64,000 nt of DNA from Euglena gracilis. Lineage: Eukaryota. The stretch's first letter is position 1; each line of letters begins with the position of its first letter. The translations under genes were made by a program, and so were the position numbers. Shown in pieces: positions 1 through 13,200 of this stretch. Where the stretch lies: positions 36,131,703 through 36,195,702 of the forward strand of contig CP154954.1 in assembly GCA_039621445.1 (NCBI GenBank), written 5' to 3'. The notes under the pieces were generated by a model. It made no database searches, had not been told where the DNA came from, and saw only the letters and a program-made list of their open reading frames with translations.

Positions 1-1084
1 AAGAAACATGGTGTTTCTAATCCACCCTCACCAAAATTTGCCGTGGCGTATCCGCCTCAGAGTCAAATGTGCCTATCGGCACCAGTGCGAGATCTCGCTG
101 GGGGGAATGGGTGTTAGCCGATCGGCTTTCCAACAAAAGGGGTTGTGCCTGTTGGGCATGGGGTTGCTCTATAGAGCTTGACACCGATAGGTGTGGGGGT
201 GCCCATTGGGCGGGGGGAGGATTACTCGACACACGCGGAGAAGGAGGATTACCTTTGGAATGAGTCAATGTGTGAATACCCCTATGGGGTTGTGAATGCT
301 CATTAGAGCTAGACAATGATACCGCAGGTTCAAGTCCACGAAGTGATCCAATCAATGCTGCGTAGTCGATGGGAGTTGTGCTCTGCATTTTTAAGGCAAA
401 AACGCAAAAACCAAGTGTAGATTGTGGGGTAAAATGCAGGAACAAGTGCAAAAAGAGGGGATAGTATAAAAAGTAAGCAGAGACCCGATCTCTGAGGTTT
501 GAAGCAGCGTATACTGCGAACCGTCAGAGGACGTGTCCGTGCGTACGGCTTTGGCCGGAAACGGCTTGTAGTGCCTGTGGTCGCCTATAGGCGGGGCACC
601 ACACGATCGTTTGCGGTCAAACGGATCGAAAAACCTAAACTGCTACCAAGTGTACGTCCAACCTTTCCTCGCTTTCGCCCTTTGGTGCGCAAAAGGAAAA
701 AGGTGGAGTAACAGGAAAAATTGAAAAGAATAATATAAAAGTTCTTTGCCCTTTTCCCCAATTAAGAGGCAGAGCACGAGACAGGGGAGGAGCCCTATGG
801 GCTACGGACCAGGAAAGTGACAAATGTCCTTTCAGGACTTCAAAATGTGAAAAAGCAAACTTGGAAATCAAGTCTTGCAAAGACAAAATGGAAAGAAAAG
901 AATAGAGAATACCACCTGTGGAGAGGAGAAGAAGAATTAGGCTTTGGTATTCCTAATTCAGGCCGTTGGCCATCTGTAGGAATACCACCTAGCATAGTAC
1001 TGTGTATGGGGCTCAGAGCTATAATTGGCCGTAGGCTTATACCTACATACACTGTACCATGGCCCTACGGCTGCCTGGTACACA
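1..1084 (-). mobile_element. 5' end of an LTR retrotransposon cut by the window edge (LTR ~651-1082/1084, tRNA-iMet-like PBS ~623-648)
   Basis: 651 begins TGTAC and 1078-1082 ends GTACA (TG..CA termini). On the plus strand ggatcgaaaaacctaaactgctacca (623-648) resembles the 3' end of initiator tRNA-Met, i.e. PBS TGGTAGCAG on the minus strand, 2 nt from the LTR. The satellite starts immediately after. The second LTR lies outside the window. Confidence 0.6.
17..388 (-). CDS. possible N-terminal gag-like ORF of the edge element (MQSTT...), P/S/Q-rich, no diagnostic motif
   Basis: ATG at 388, downstream of the PBS. The call rests on position only. Confidence 0.25.
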   Translation of the reverse strand: MQSTTPIDYAALIGSLRGLEPAVSLSSSNEHSQPHRGIHTLTHSKGNPPSPRVSSNPPPAQWAPPHLSVSSSIEQPHAQQAQPLLLESRSANTHSPQRDLALVPIGTFDSEADTPRQILVRVD

Positions 1085-1085
1085 C

Positions 1086-4000
1086 GATCCTTTAACTAAC
1101 TGTTGCGAAGGGCGGCGGGCGGACAGACGCAATTTTGCCCCCGCCGGGCGTGCACAAAACGCAGCAGTTACCGTCCGGGAGGCGCAAAATAGCACGTTGG
1201 TAACGGACGCCCCAAAAAAAACGTCATTTTACGGCCGTTTTTGGCCGAAATCCGCTGCGCCGGCTCTCCAAAAACGAGCGCTCTGCCCCGGCTAGAGGTC
1301 GGCGATCCTTTAACTAACTGTTGCGAAGGGCGGCGGGCGGACAGGCGCAATTTTGCCCGCGCCGGGCGTGCGCAAAACGCAGCAGTTACCGTCCGGGAGG
1401 CGCAAAATAGCACGTTGGTAACGGACGCCCCCAAAAAACGTCATTTTTCGGCCGTTTTTGGCCGAAATCCGCTGCGCCGGCGCTCCAAAAACGAGCGCTC
1501 TGCCCCGGCTAGAGGTCGGCGATCCTTTAACTAACTGTTGCGAAGGGCGGCGGGCGGACAGGCGCAATTTTGCCCCCGCCGGGCGTGCACAAAACGCAGC
1601 AGTTACCGTCCGGGAGGCGCAAAATAGCACGTTGGTAACGGACGCCCCAAAAAATCCGCTGCGCCGGCGCTCCAAAAACGAGCGCTCTGCCCCGGCTAGA
1701 GGTCGGCGATCCTTTAACTAACTGTTGCGAAGGGCGGCGGGCGGACAGGCGCAATTTTGCCCCCGCCGGGCGTGCGCAAAACGCAGCAGTTACCGTCCGG
1801 GAGGCGCAAAATAGCACGTTGGTAACGGACGCCCCAAAAAACGTCATTTTTCGGCCGTTTTTGGCCAAAATCCGCTGCGCCGGCGCTCCAAAAACGAGCG
1901 CTCTGCCCCGGCTAGAGGTCGGCGATCCTTTAACTAACTGTTGCGAAGGGCGGCGGGCGGACAGGCGCAATTTTGCCGGCGCCGGGCGTGCGCAAAACGC
2001 AGCAGTTACCGTCCGGGAGGCGCAAAATAGCACGTTGGTAACGGACGCCCCAAAAACGTCATTTTTCGGCCGTTTTTGGCCGAAATCCGCTGCGCCGGCG
2101 CTCCAAAAACGAGCGCTCTGCCCCGGCTAGAGGTCGGCGATCCTTTAACTAACTGTTGCGAAGGGCGGCGGGCGGACAGGCGCAATTTTGCCCCCGCCGG
2201 GCGTGCGCAAAACGCAGCAGTTACCGTCCGGGAGGCGCAAAATAGCACGTTGGTAACGGACGCCCCAAAAAACGTCATTTTTCGGCCGTTTTTGGCCGAA
2301 ATCCGCTGCGCCGGCGCTCCAAAAACGAGCGCTCTGCCCCGGCTAGAGGTCGGCGATCCTTTAACTAACTGTTGCGAAGGGCGGCGGGCGGACAGGCGCA
2401 ATTTTGCCCCCGCCGGGCGTGCGCAAAACGCAGCAGTTACCGTCCGGGAGGCGCAAAATAGCACGTTGGTAACGGACGCCCCAAAAAACGTCATTTTTCG
2501 GCCTTTTTTGGCCGAAATCCGCTGCGCCGGCGCTCCAAAAACGAGCGCTCTGCCCCGGCTAGAGGTCGGCGATCCTTTAACTAACTGTTGCGAAGGGCGG
2601 CGGGCGGACAGGCGCAATTTTGCCCCCGCCGGGCGTGCGCAAAACGCAGCAGTTACCGTCCGGGAGGCGCAAAATAGCACGTTGGTAACGGACGCCCCAA
2701 AAAACGTCATTTTTCGGCCGTTTTTGGCCCAAATCCGCTGCGCCGGCGCTCCAAAAACGAGCGCTCTGCCCCGGCTAGAGGTCGGCGATCCTTTAACTAA
2801 CTGTTGCGAAGGGCGGCGGGCGGACAGGCGCAATTTTGCCGCGCCGGGCGTGCGCAAAACGCAGCAGTTACCGTCCGGGAGGCGCAAAATAGCACGTTGG
2901 TAACGGACGCCCCAAAAAACGTCATTTTTCGGCCGTTTTTGGCCAAAATCCGCTGCGCCGGCGCTCCAAAAACGAGCGCTCTGCCCCGGCTAGAGGTCGG
3001 CGATCCTTTAACTAACTGTTGCGAAGGGCGGCGGGCGGACAGGCGCAATTTTGCCCCGCCGGGCGTGCGCAAAACGCAGCAGTTACCGTCCGGGAGGCGC
3101 AAAATAGCACGTTGGTAACGGACGCCCCCAAAAACGTCATTTTTTCGGCCGTTTTTGGCCGAAATCCGCTGCGCCGGCGCTCCAAAAACGAGCGCTCTGC
3201 CCCGGCTAGAGGTCGGCGATCCTTTAACTAACTGTTGCGAAGGGCGGCGGGCGGACAGGCGCAATTTTGCCCCCCGCCGGGCGTGCGCAAAACGCAGCAG
3301 TTACCGTCCGGGAGGCGCAAAATAGCACGTTGGTAACGGACGCCCCAAAAACGTCATTTTTCGGCCGTTTTTGGCCAAAATCCGCTGCGCCGGCGCTCCA
3401 AAAACGAGCGCTCTGCCCCGGCTAGAGGTCGGCGATCCTTTAACTAACTGTTGCGAAGGGCGGCGGGCGGACAGGCGCAATTTTGCCCGCGCCGGGCGTG
3501 CGCAAAACGCAGCAGTTACCGTCCGGGAGGCGCAAAATAGCACGTTGGTAACGGACGCCCCAAAAAACGTCATTTTTCGGCCGTTTTTGGCCAAAATCCG
3601 CTGCGCCGGCGCTCCAAAAACGAGCGCTCTGCCCCGGCTAGAGGTCGGCGATCCTTTAACTAACTGTTGCGAAGGGCGGCGGGCGGACAGGCGCAATTTT
3701 GCCCCGCCGGGCGTGCGCAAAACGCAGCAGTTACCGTCCGGGAGGCGCAAAATAGCACGTTGGTAACGGACGCCCCAAAAAACGTCATTTTTCGGCCGTT
3801 TTTGGCCAAAATCCGCTGCGCCGGCGCTCCAAAAACGAGCGCTCTGCCCCGGCTAGAGGTCGGCGATCCTTTAACTAACTGTTGCGAAGGGCGGCGGGCG
3901 GACAGGCGCAATTTTGCCCCGCCGGGCGTGCGCAAAACGCAGCAGTTACCGTCCGGGAGGCGCAAAATAGCACGTTGGTAACGGACGCCCCCAAAAACGT

Positions 4001-7000
4001 CATTTTTCGGCCGTTTTTGGCCAAAATCCGCTGCGCCGGCGCTCCAAAAACGAGCGCTCTGCCCCGGCTAGAGGTCGGCGATCCTTTAACTAACTGTTGC
4101 GAAGGGCGGCGGGCGGACAGGCGCAATTTTGCCCCCGCCGGGCGTGCGCAAAACGCAGCAGTTACCGTCCGGGAGGCGCAAAATAGCACGTTGGTAACGG
4201 ACGCCCCAAAAAACGTCATTTTTTCGGCCGTTTTTGGCCAAAATCCGCTGCGCCGGCGCTCCAAAAACGAGCGCTCTGCCCCGGCTAGAGGTCGGCGATC
4301 CTTTAACTAACTGTTGCGAAGGGCGGCGGGCGGACAGGCGCAATTTTGCCCGCCGGGCGTGCGCAAAACGCAGCAGTTACCGTCCGGGAGGCGCAAAATA
4401 GCACGTTGGTAACGGACGCCCCAAAAAACGTCATTTTTCGGCCGTTTTTGGCCAAAATCCGCTGCGCCGGCGCTCCAAAAACGAGCGCTCTGCCCCGGCT
4501 AGAGGTCGGCGATCCTTTAACTAACTGTTGCGAAGGGCGGCGGGCGGACAGGCGCAATTTTGCCGCCGCCGGGCGTGCGCAAAACGCAGCAACAACAGTC
4601 CGGCGGGCGCAAAATAGCACGTTGGTAACGGACGCCCCAAAAAAAACGTCATTTTTCGGCCGTTTTTGGCCGAAATCCGCTGCGCCGGCGCTCCAAAAAC
4701 GAGCGCTCTGCCCGGGCCCGCTAGAGGTCGGCGATCCTTTAACTAACTGTTGCGAAGGGCGGCGGGCGGACAGGCGCAATTTTGCCCCGCCGGGCGTGCG
4801 CAAAACGCAGCAGTTACCGTCCGGGAGGCGCAAAATAGCACGTTGGTAACGGACGCCCCAAAAAACGTCATTTTTCGGCCGTTTTTGGCCAAAATCCGCT
4901 GCGCCGGCGCTCCAAAAACGAGCGCTCTGCCCCGGCTAGAGGTCGGCGATCCTTTAACTAACTGTTGCGAAGGGCGGCGGGCGGACAGGCGCAATTTTGC
5001 CCCCGCCGGGCGTGCGCCAAACGCAGCAGTTACCGTCCGGGAGGCGCAAAGTAGCACGTTGGCAACAGAAGACCCCAGAAAACGTCATTTTTCGGCCGTT
5101 TTTGGCCAAAATTCGCTGCGCCGGCGCTCCAAAAACGAGCGCTCTGCCCCGGCTAGAGGTCGGCGATCCTTTAACTAACTGTTGCGAAGGGCGGCGGGCG
5201 GACAGGCGCAATTTTGCCCGCGCCGGGCGTGCGCAAAACGCAGCAGTTACCGTCCGGGAGGCGCAAAATAGCACGTTGGTAACGGACGCCCCAAAAAACG
5301 TCATTTTTCGGCCGTTTTTGGCCAAAATCCGCTGCGCCGGCGCTCCAAAAACGAGCGCTCTGCCCCGGCCGGCTAGAGGTCGGCGAACCTTTAACTAACT
5401 GTTGCGAAGCGCGGCGGGCGGACAGGCGCAATTTTGCCCCCGCCGGGCGTGCGCAAAACGCAGCAGTTACCGTCCGGGAGGCGCAAAGTAGCACGTTGGC
5501 AACAGAAGACCCCAGAAAACGTCATTTTTCGGCCGTTTTTGGCCAAAATTCGCTGCGCCGGCGCTCCAAAAACGAGCGCTCTGCCCCGGCTAGAGGTCGG
5601 CGATCCTTTAACTAACTGTTGCGAAGGGCGGCGGGCGGACAGGCGCAATTTTGCCCCCGCCGGGCGTGCGCAAAACGCAGCAGTTACCGTCCGGGAGGCG
5701 CAAAGTAGCACGTTGGTAACGGACGCCCCAAAAAACGTCATTTTTCGGCCGTTTTTGGCCAAAATCCGCTGCGCCGGCGCTCCAAAAACGAGCGCTCTGC
5801 CCCGGCTAGAGGTCGGCGATCCTTTAACTAACTGTTGCGAAGGGCGGCGGGCGGACAGGCGCAATTTTGCCCCCGCCGGGCGTGCGCAAAACGCAGCAGT
5901 TACCGTCCGGGCGGCGCAAAGTAGCACGTTGGTAACGGACGCCCCAAAAAACGTCATTTTTCGGCCGTTTTTGGCCAAAATCCGCTGCGCCGGCGCCCCA
6001 AAAACGAGCGCTCTGCCCCGGCTAGAGGTCGGCGATCCTTTAACTAACTGTTGCGAAGGGCGGCGGGCGGACAGGCGCAATTTTGCCCCCGCCGGGCGTG
6101 CGCAAAACGCAGCAGTTACCGTCCGGGAGGCGCAAAGTAGCACGTTGGTAACGGACGCCCCAAAAAACGTCATTTTTCGGCCGTTTTTGGCCAAAATCCG
6201 CTGCGCCGGCGCTCCAAAAACGAGCGCTCTGCCCCGGCTAGAGGTCGGCGATCCTTTAACTAACTTTTGCGAAGGGAGGCCGGCGGACAGGCGCAATTTT
6301 GCCCCCGCCGGGCGTGCACAAACCGGGAGGCACAAAATAGCACGTTGGTAACGGACGCCCCCAAAAACGTCATTTTTCGGCCGTTTTTGGCCAAAATCCG
6401 CTGCGCCGGCGCTCCAAAAACGAGCGCTCTGCCCCGGCTGCAGGTCGGCGATACTTTTACTAACTGTTGAGAAGGGCGGCGGGCGGACAGGCGCAATTTT
6501 GCCCCCGCCGGGCCTGCGCAAAACGCAGCAGTTACCGTCCGGGAGGCGCAAAGTAGCACGTTGGCAACAGAAGACCCCGGAAAACGTCATTTTTCGGCCG
6601 TTTTTGGCCAAAATTCGCTGCGCCGGCGCTCCAAAAACGAGCGCTCTGCCCCGGCTAGAGGTCGGCGATCCTTTAACTAACTGTTGCGAAGGGCGGCGGG
6701 CGGACAGGCGCAATTTTGCCCCCGCCGGGCGTCGCAAAGCGCAGCAGTTACCGTCCGGGCGGCGCAAAGTAGCACGTTGGTAACGGACGCCCCAAAAAAC
6801 GTCATTTTTCGGCCGTTTTTGGCCAAAATCCGCTGCGCCGGCGCTCCAAAAACGAGCGCTCTGCCCCGGCTACAGGTCGGCGATCCTTTAACTAACTGTT
6901 GCGAAGGGCGGCGGGCGGACAGGCGCAATTTTGCCCGCGCCGGGCGTGCGCAAAACGCAGCAGTTACCGTCCGCGAGGCGCAAAGAAGCACGTTGGTAAC

Positions 7001-7256
7001 GGACGCCCCAAAAAACGTCATTTTTCGGCCGTTTTTGGCCAAAATCCGCCGCGCCGGCGCTCCAAAAACGAGCGCTCTGCCCCGGCTAGAGGTCGGCGAA
7101 ACGGCAAAACGCAGCAGTTACTGTCCGGGCGGCGCAAAGTAGCACGTTGGTAACGGACGCCCCAAAAAACGTCTTTTTTCGGCCGTTTTCGGCCGAAATC
7201 CGCTGCGCCGGCGCTCCAAAAAAGAGCGCTCTGCCCCGGCTAGAGGTCGGCGATCC
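1086..7256 (+). repeat. 216-bp satellite, subfamily I, forward orientation (~28 monomers)
   Basis: Monomer gatcctttaactaactgttgcgaagggcggc...gctagaggtcggc repeats every ~216 bp. The ORF track shows a 72-aa periodicity. Confidence 0.98.
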
Positions 7257-10200
7257 TGTGCCTGTCCGCCCGCCGCTCTTCGCAACAGTTAGATAAAGGA
7301 TCGCACACCTCTAGCCGGGGCAGAGCGCTCGTTTTTGGAGCGCCGGCGCAGCGGATTTTTGGCCAAAAACGGCCGAAAAATGACGTTTTTTGGGGCGTCC
7401 GTTACCAACGTGCTATTTTGCGCCTCCCGGACGGTAACTGCTGCGTTTTGCGCACGCCCGGCGCGGGCAAAATTGTGCCTGTCCGCCCGCCGCCCTTCGC
7501 AACAGTTAGTTAAAGGATCGCCGACCTCTAGCCGGGGCAGTGCGCTCGTTTTTGGAGCGCCGGCGCAGCGGATTTTGGCCAAAAACGGCCGAAAAATGAT
7601 AGTTTTTGGGGCGTCCGTTACCAACGTGCTACTTTGCGCCGCCCGGACGGTAACTGCTGCGTTTTGCGCACGCCCGGCGGGGGCAAAATTTCGCCTGTCC
7701 GCCCGCCGCCCTTCGCAACAGTTAGTTAAAGGATCGCCGACCTCTAGCCGGGGCAGAGCGCTCGTTTTTGGAGCGCCGGCGCAGCGGATTTTGGCCAAAA
7801 ACGGCCGAAAAATGACGTTTTTTGGGGCGTCCGTTACCAACGTGCTATTTTGCGCCTCCCGGACGGTAACTGCTGCGCTTTGCGCACGCCCGGCCGGGGC
7901 AAAATTGCGCCTGTCCGCCCGCCGCCCTTCGCAACAGTTAGTTAAAGGATCGCCGACCTCTAGCCGGGGCAGAGCGCTAGTTTTTTGAGCGCCGGCGCAG
8001 CGGATTTTGGCCAAAAACGGCCGGAAAATGACGTTTTTGGGGGCGTCCGTTACCAACGTGCTATTTTGCGCCTCCCGGACGGTAACTGCTGCGTTTTGCG
8101 CACGCCCGGCGCGGGCAAAATTGCGCCTGTCCGCCCGCCGCCCTTCGCAACAGTTAGTTAAAGGATCGCCGACCTCTAGCCGGGGCAGAGCGGTCGTTTT
8201 TGGAGCGCCGGCGCAGCGGATTTTGGCCAAAAACGGCCGAAAAATGATAGTTTTTGGGGCGTCCGTTACCAACGTGCTACTTTGCGCCGCCCGGACGGTA
8301 ACTGCTGCGTTTTGCGCACGCCCGGCGGGGGCAAAATTGCGCCTGTCCGCCCGCCGCCCTTCGCAACAGTTAGTTAAAGGATCGCCGACCTCTAGCCGGG
8401 GCAGAGCGCTCGTTTTTGGAGCGCCGGCGCAGCGGATTTTGGCCAAAAACGGCCGAAAAATGACGTTTTTTGGGGCTTCTGTTACCAACGTGCTACTTTG
8501 CGCCTCCCGGACGGTAACTGCTGCGCTTTGCGCACGCCCGGCGGGGGCAAAATTGCGCCTGTCCGCCCGCCGCCCTTCGCAACAGTTAGTTAAAGGATCG
8601 CCGACCACTAGCCGGGGCAGAGCGCTCGTTTTTGGAGCGCCGGCGGAGCGGATTTTGGCCAAAACGGCCGAAAAATGACGTTTTTTGGGGCGTCCCTTAC
8701 CAACGTGCCATTTTGCGCCTCCCAGACGAAAACTGCTGCGTTTTGCGCACGCCTGGCGGAGACAAAATTGCGCCTGTCCGCCCGCCGCCCTTCGCAACAG
8801 TTAGTTAAAGGATCGCCGACCTCTAGCCGGGGCAGAGCGCCCGTTTTTGGAGCGCCGGCGCAGCGGATTTTGGCCGAAAACGGCCGAAAAATGACGTTTT
8901 TTGGGGCGTCCGTTGTCAACGTGCTATTTTGCGCCTCCCGGACGGTAGCTGCTGCGTTTTGCGCCCGCCCGGCGGTGGCAAAATTGCCCCTGTCCGCCCG
9001 CCGCCCTTCGCAACAGTTAGTTAAAGGATCGCCGACCTCTAGCCGGGGCAGAGCGCCCGTTTTTGGAGCGCCGGCGCAGCGGATTTTGGCCAAAAACGGC
9101 CGAAAAATGACGTTTTTTGGGGCGTCCGTTACCAACGTGCTATTTTGCGCCTCCCGGACGGTAACTGCTGCGTTTTGCGCACGCCCGGCGCGGGAAAAAT
9201 TGCGCCTGTCCGCCCGCCGCCCTTCGCAACAGTTAGTTAAAGGATCGCCGACCTCTAGCCGGGGCAGAGCGCTCGTTTTTGGACCGCCGGCGCAGCGGAT
9301 TTTGGCCAAAAACGGCCAAAAATGACGTTTTTTGGGGCGTCCGTTACCAACGTGCTATTTTGCGCCTCCCGGACGGTAACTGCTGCGTTTTGCGCCCGCC
9401 CGGCGGTGGCAAAATTGCCCCTGTCCGCCCGCCGCCCTTTGCAACAGTTAGTTAAAGGATCGCCGACCTCTAGCCGGGGCAGAGCGCTCGTTTTTGGAGC
9501 GCCGTTGCAGCGGATTTTGGCCAAAAACGGCCAAAAATGACGTTTTTTGGGGCGTCCGTTACCAACGTGCTATTTTGCGCCTCCCGGACGGTAACTGCTG
9601 CGTTTTGCGCACGCCCGGCGGTGGCAAAATTGCGCCTGTCCGCCCGCCGCCCTTCGCAACAGTTAGTTAAAGGATCGCCGACCTCTAGCCGGGGCAGAGC
9701 GCCCGTTTTTGGAGCGCCGGCGCAGCGGATTTTGGCCAAAAACGGCCGAAAAATGACGTTTTAATCGGCGTCCGTTACCCACGTGCTATTTTGCGCCTCC
9801 CGGACGGTAACTGCTGCGTTTTGCGCACGCCCGGCGGGGGCAAAATTGCGCCTGTCCGCCCGCCGCCCTTCGCAACAGTTAGTTAAAGGATCGCCGACCT
9901 CTAGCCGGGGCAGAGCGCTCGTTTTTGGAGCGCCGGCGCAGCGGATTTTGGCCAAAAACGGCCAAAAAATGACGTTTTTTGGGGCGTCCGTTACCAACGT
10001 GCTATTTTGCGCCTCCCGGACGGTAACTGCTGCGTTTTGCGCACGCCCGGCGGGGGCAAAATTGCGCCTGTCCGCCCGCCGCCCTTCGCAACAGTTAGTT
10101 AAAGGATCGCCGACCTCTAGCCGGGGCAGAGCGCTCGTTTTTGGAGCGCCGGCGCAGCGGATTTTGGCCAAAAACGGCCGAAAAATGACGTTTTTTGGGG

Positions 10201-13200
10201 CGTCCGTTACCAACGTGCTATTTTGAGCGTCTCGGACGGTAACTGCTGCGCTTTCCGCACGCCCGGTGCGGGCAAAAATGCGCCTGTCCGCCCGCCGCCC
10301 TTCGCAACAGTTAGTTAAAGGATCGCCGACCTCTAGCCGGGGCAGAGCGCTCGTTTTTGGAGCGCCGGCGCAGCAGATTTTGGCCAAAAACGGCCGAAAA
10401 ATGACGTTTTTTGGGGCGTCCGTTACCAACGTGCTATTTTGCGCCTCCCGGACGGTAACTGCTGCGTTTTGCGCACGCCCGGCGGGGGCAAAATTGCGCC
10501 TGTCCGCCCGCCGCCATTCGCAACAGTTAGTTAAAGGATCGCCGACCTCTAGCCGGGGCAGAGCGCTCGTTTTTGGAGCGCCGGCGCAGCGGATTTTGGC
10601 CAAAAACGGCCGAAAAATGACGTTTTTTGGGGCGTCCGTTACCAACGTGCTATTTTGCGCCTCCCGGACGGTAACTGCTGCGTTTTGCGCACGCCCGGCG
10701 CGGGCAAAATTGCGCCTGTCCGCCCGCCGCCCTTCGCAACAGTTAGTTAAAGGATCGCCGACCTCTAGCCGGGGCAGAGCGCTCGTTTTTGGAGCGCCGG
10801 CGCAGCGGATTTTGGCCAAAAACGGCCGAAAAATGACGTTTTTTGGGGCGTCCGTTACCAACGTGCTATTTTGCGCCTCCCGGACGGTAACTGCTGCGTT
10901 TTGCGCACGCCCGGCGGGGGCAAAATTGCGCCTGTCCGCCCGCCGCCCTTCGCAACAGTTAGGTAAAGGATCGCCGACCTCTAGCCGGGGCAGAGCGCTC
11001 GTTTTTGGAGGGCCGGAGCAGCGGAGTTTGGCCAAAAACGGCAGAAAAATGACGTTTTTTGGGGCGTCCGTTACCAACGTGCTATTTTGCGCCTCCCGGA
11101 CGGTAACTGCTGCGTTTTGCGCACGCCCGGCGCGGCAAAATTGCGCCTGTCCGCCCGCCGCCCTTCGCAACAGTTAGTTAAAGGATCGCCGACCTCTAGC
11201 CGGGGCAGAGCGCTCGTTTTTGGAGCGCCGGCGCAGCGAATTTTGGCCAAAAACGGCCGAAAAATGACGTTTTTTGGGGCGTCCGTTACCAACGTGCTAT
11301 TTTGCGCCTCCCGGACGGTAACTGCTGCGTTTTGCGCACGCCCGGCGGGGCAAAATTGCGCCTGTCCGCCCGCCGCCCTTCGCAACAGTTAGTTAAAGGA
11401 TCGCCGACCTCTAGCCGGGGCAGAGCGCTCGTTTTTGGAGCGCCGGCGCAGCGGATTTTGGCCAAAAACGGCCGAAAAATGACGTTTTTTGGGGCGTCCG
11501 TTACCAACGTGCTATTTTGCGCCTCCCGGACGGTAACTGCTGCGTTTTGCGCACGCCCGGCGGGGGGCAAAATTGCGCCTGTCCGCCCGCCGCCCTTCGC
11601 AACAGTTAGTTAAAGGATCGCCGACCTCTAGCCGGGGCAGAGCGCTCGTTTTTGGAGCGCCGGCGCAGCGGATTTTGGCCAAAAACGGCCGAAAATGACG
11701 TTTTTGGGGCGTCCGTTACCAACGTGCTATTTTGCGCCTCCCGGACGGTAACTGCTGCGTTTTGCGCACGCCCGGCGGGGGCAAAATTGCGCCTGTCCGC
11801 CCGCCGCCCTTCGCAACAGTTAGTTAAAGGATCGCCGACCTCTAGCCGGGGCAGAGCGCTCGTTTTTGGAGCGCCGGCGCAGCGGATTTTGGCCAAAAAC
11901 GGCCGAAAAATGACGTTTTTTGGGGCGTCCGTTACCAACGTGCTATTTTGCGCCTCCCGGACGGTAACTGCTGCGTTTTGCGCACGCCCGGCTGGGGCAA
12001 AATTGCGCCTGTCCGCCCGCCGCCCTTCGCAACAGTTAGTTAAAGGATCGCCGACCTCTAGCCGGGGCAGAGCGCTCGTTTTTGGAGCGCCGGCGCAGCG
12101 GATTTTGGCCAAAAACGGCCGAAAAATGACGTTTTTTGGGGCGTCCGTTACCAACGTGCTATTTTGCGCCTCCCGGACGGTAACTGCTGCGTTTTGCGCA
12201 CGCCCGGCGGGGGGCAAAATTGCGCCTGTCCGCCCGCCGCCCTTCGCAACAGTTAGTTAAGGGATCGCCGACCTCTAGCCGGGGCAGAGCGCTCTTTTTT
12301 GGAGCGCCGTTGGGGCGGATTTTGGCCAAAAACGGCCGAAAAATGACGTTTTTTGGGGCGTCCGTTACCAACGTGCTATTTTGCGCCTCCCGGACGGTAA
12401 CTGCTGCGTTTTGCGCACGCCCGGCGGGGCAAAATTGCGCCTGTCCGCCCGCCGCCCTTCGCAACAGTTAGTTAAAGGATCGCCGACCTCTAGCCGGGGC
12501 AGAGCGCTCGTTTTTGAGCGCCGGCGCAGCGGATTTTGGCCAAAAACGGCCGAAAAATGACGTTTTTGGGGGCGTCCGTTACCAACGTGCTATTTTGCGC
12601 CTCCCGGACGGTAACTGCTGCGTTTTGCGCACGCCCGGCGCGGGAAAAATTGCGCCTGTCCGCATGCCGCGCTTTGCAACAGTTATTTAAAGGATCGCCG
12701 ACCTCTAGCCGGGGCAGAGCGCTCGTTTTTGGAGCGCCGGCGCAGCGGATTTCGGCCAAAAACGGCCGAAAAATGACGTTTTTGGGGCGTTACTTACCAA
12801 CGTGCTATTTTGTGCCTCCCGGACGGTAACTGCTGCGTTTTGTGCACGCCCGGCGCGGGCAAAATTGCGCCTGTCCGCCCGCCGCCCTTCGCAACAGTTA
12901 GTTAAAGGATCGCCGACCTCTAGCCGGGGCAGAGCGCTCGTTTTTGGAGCGCCGGCGCAGCGGATTTTGGCCAAAAACGGCCGAAAAATGACGTTTTTTG
13001 GGGCGTCCGTTACCAACGTGCTATTTTGCGCCTCCCGGACGGTAACTGCTGCGTTTTGCGCACGCCCGGCGGGGGAAAAATTGCGCCTGTCCGCCCGCCG
13101 CCCTTCGCAACAGTTAGTTAAAGGATCGCCGACCTCTAGCCGGGGCAGAGCGCTCGTTTTTGGAGCGCCGGCGCAGCGGATTTTGGCCAAAAACGGCCGA

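Noticed and set aside
1003-1082. Two tiny TG..CA inverted-repeat units (TGTATG..CATACA; TGTACCA..TGGTACA) as separate mini-elements
   Set aside because: The 6-7-bp matches lie inside the inferred LTR end and are too short to call independently.
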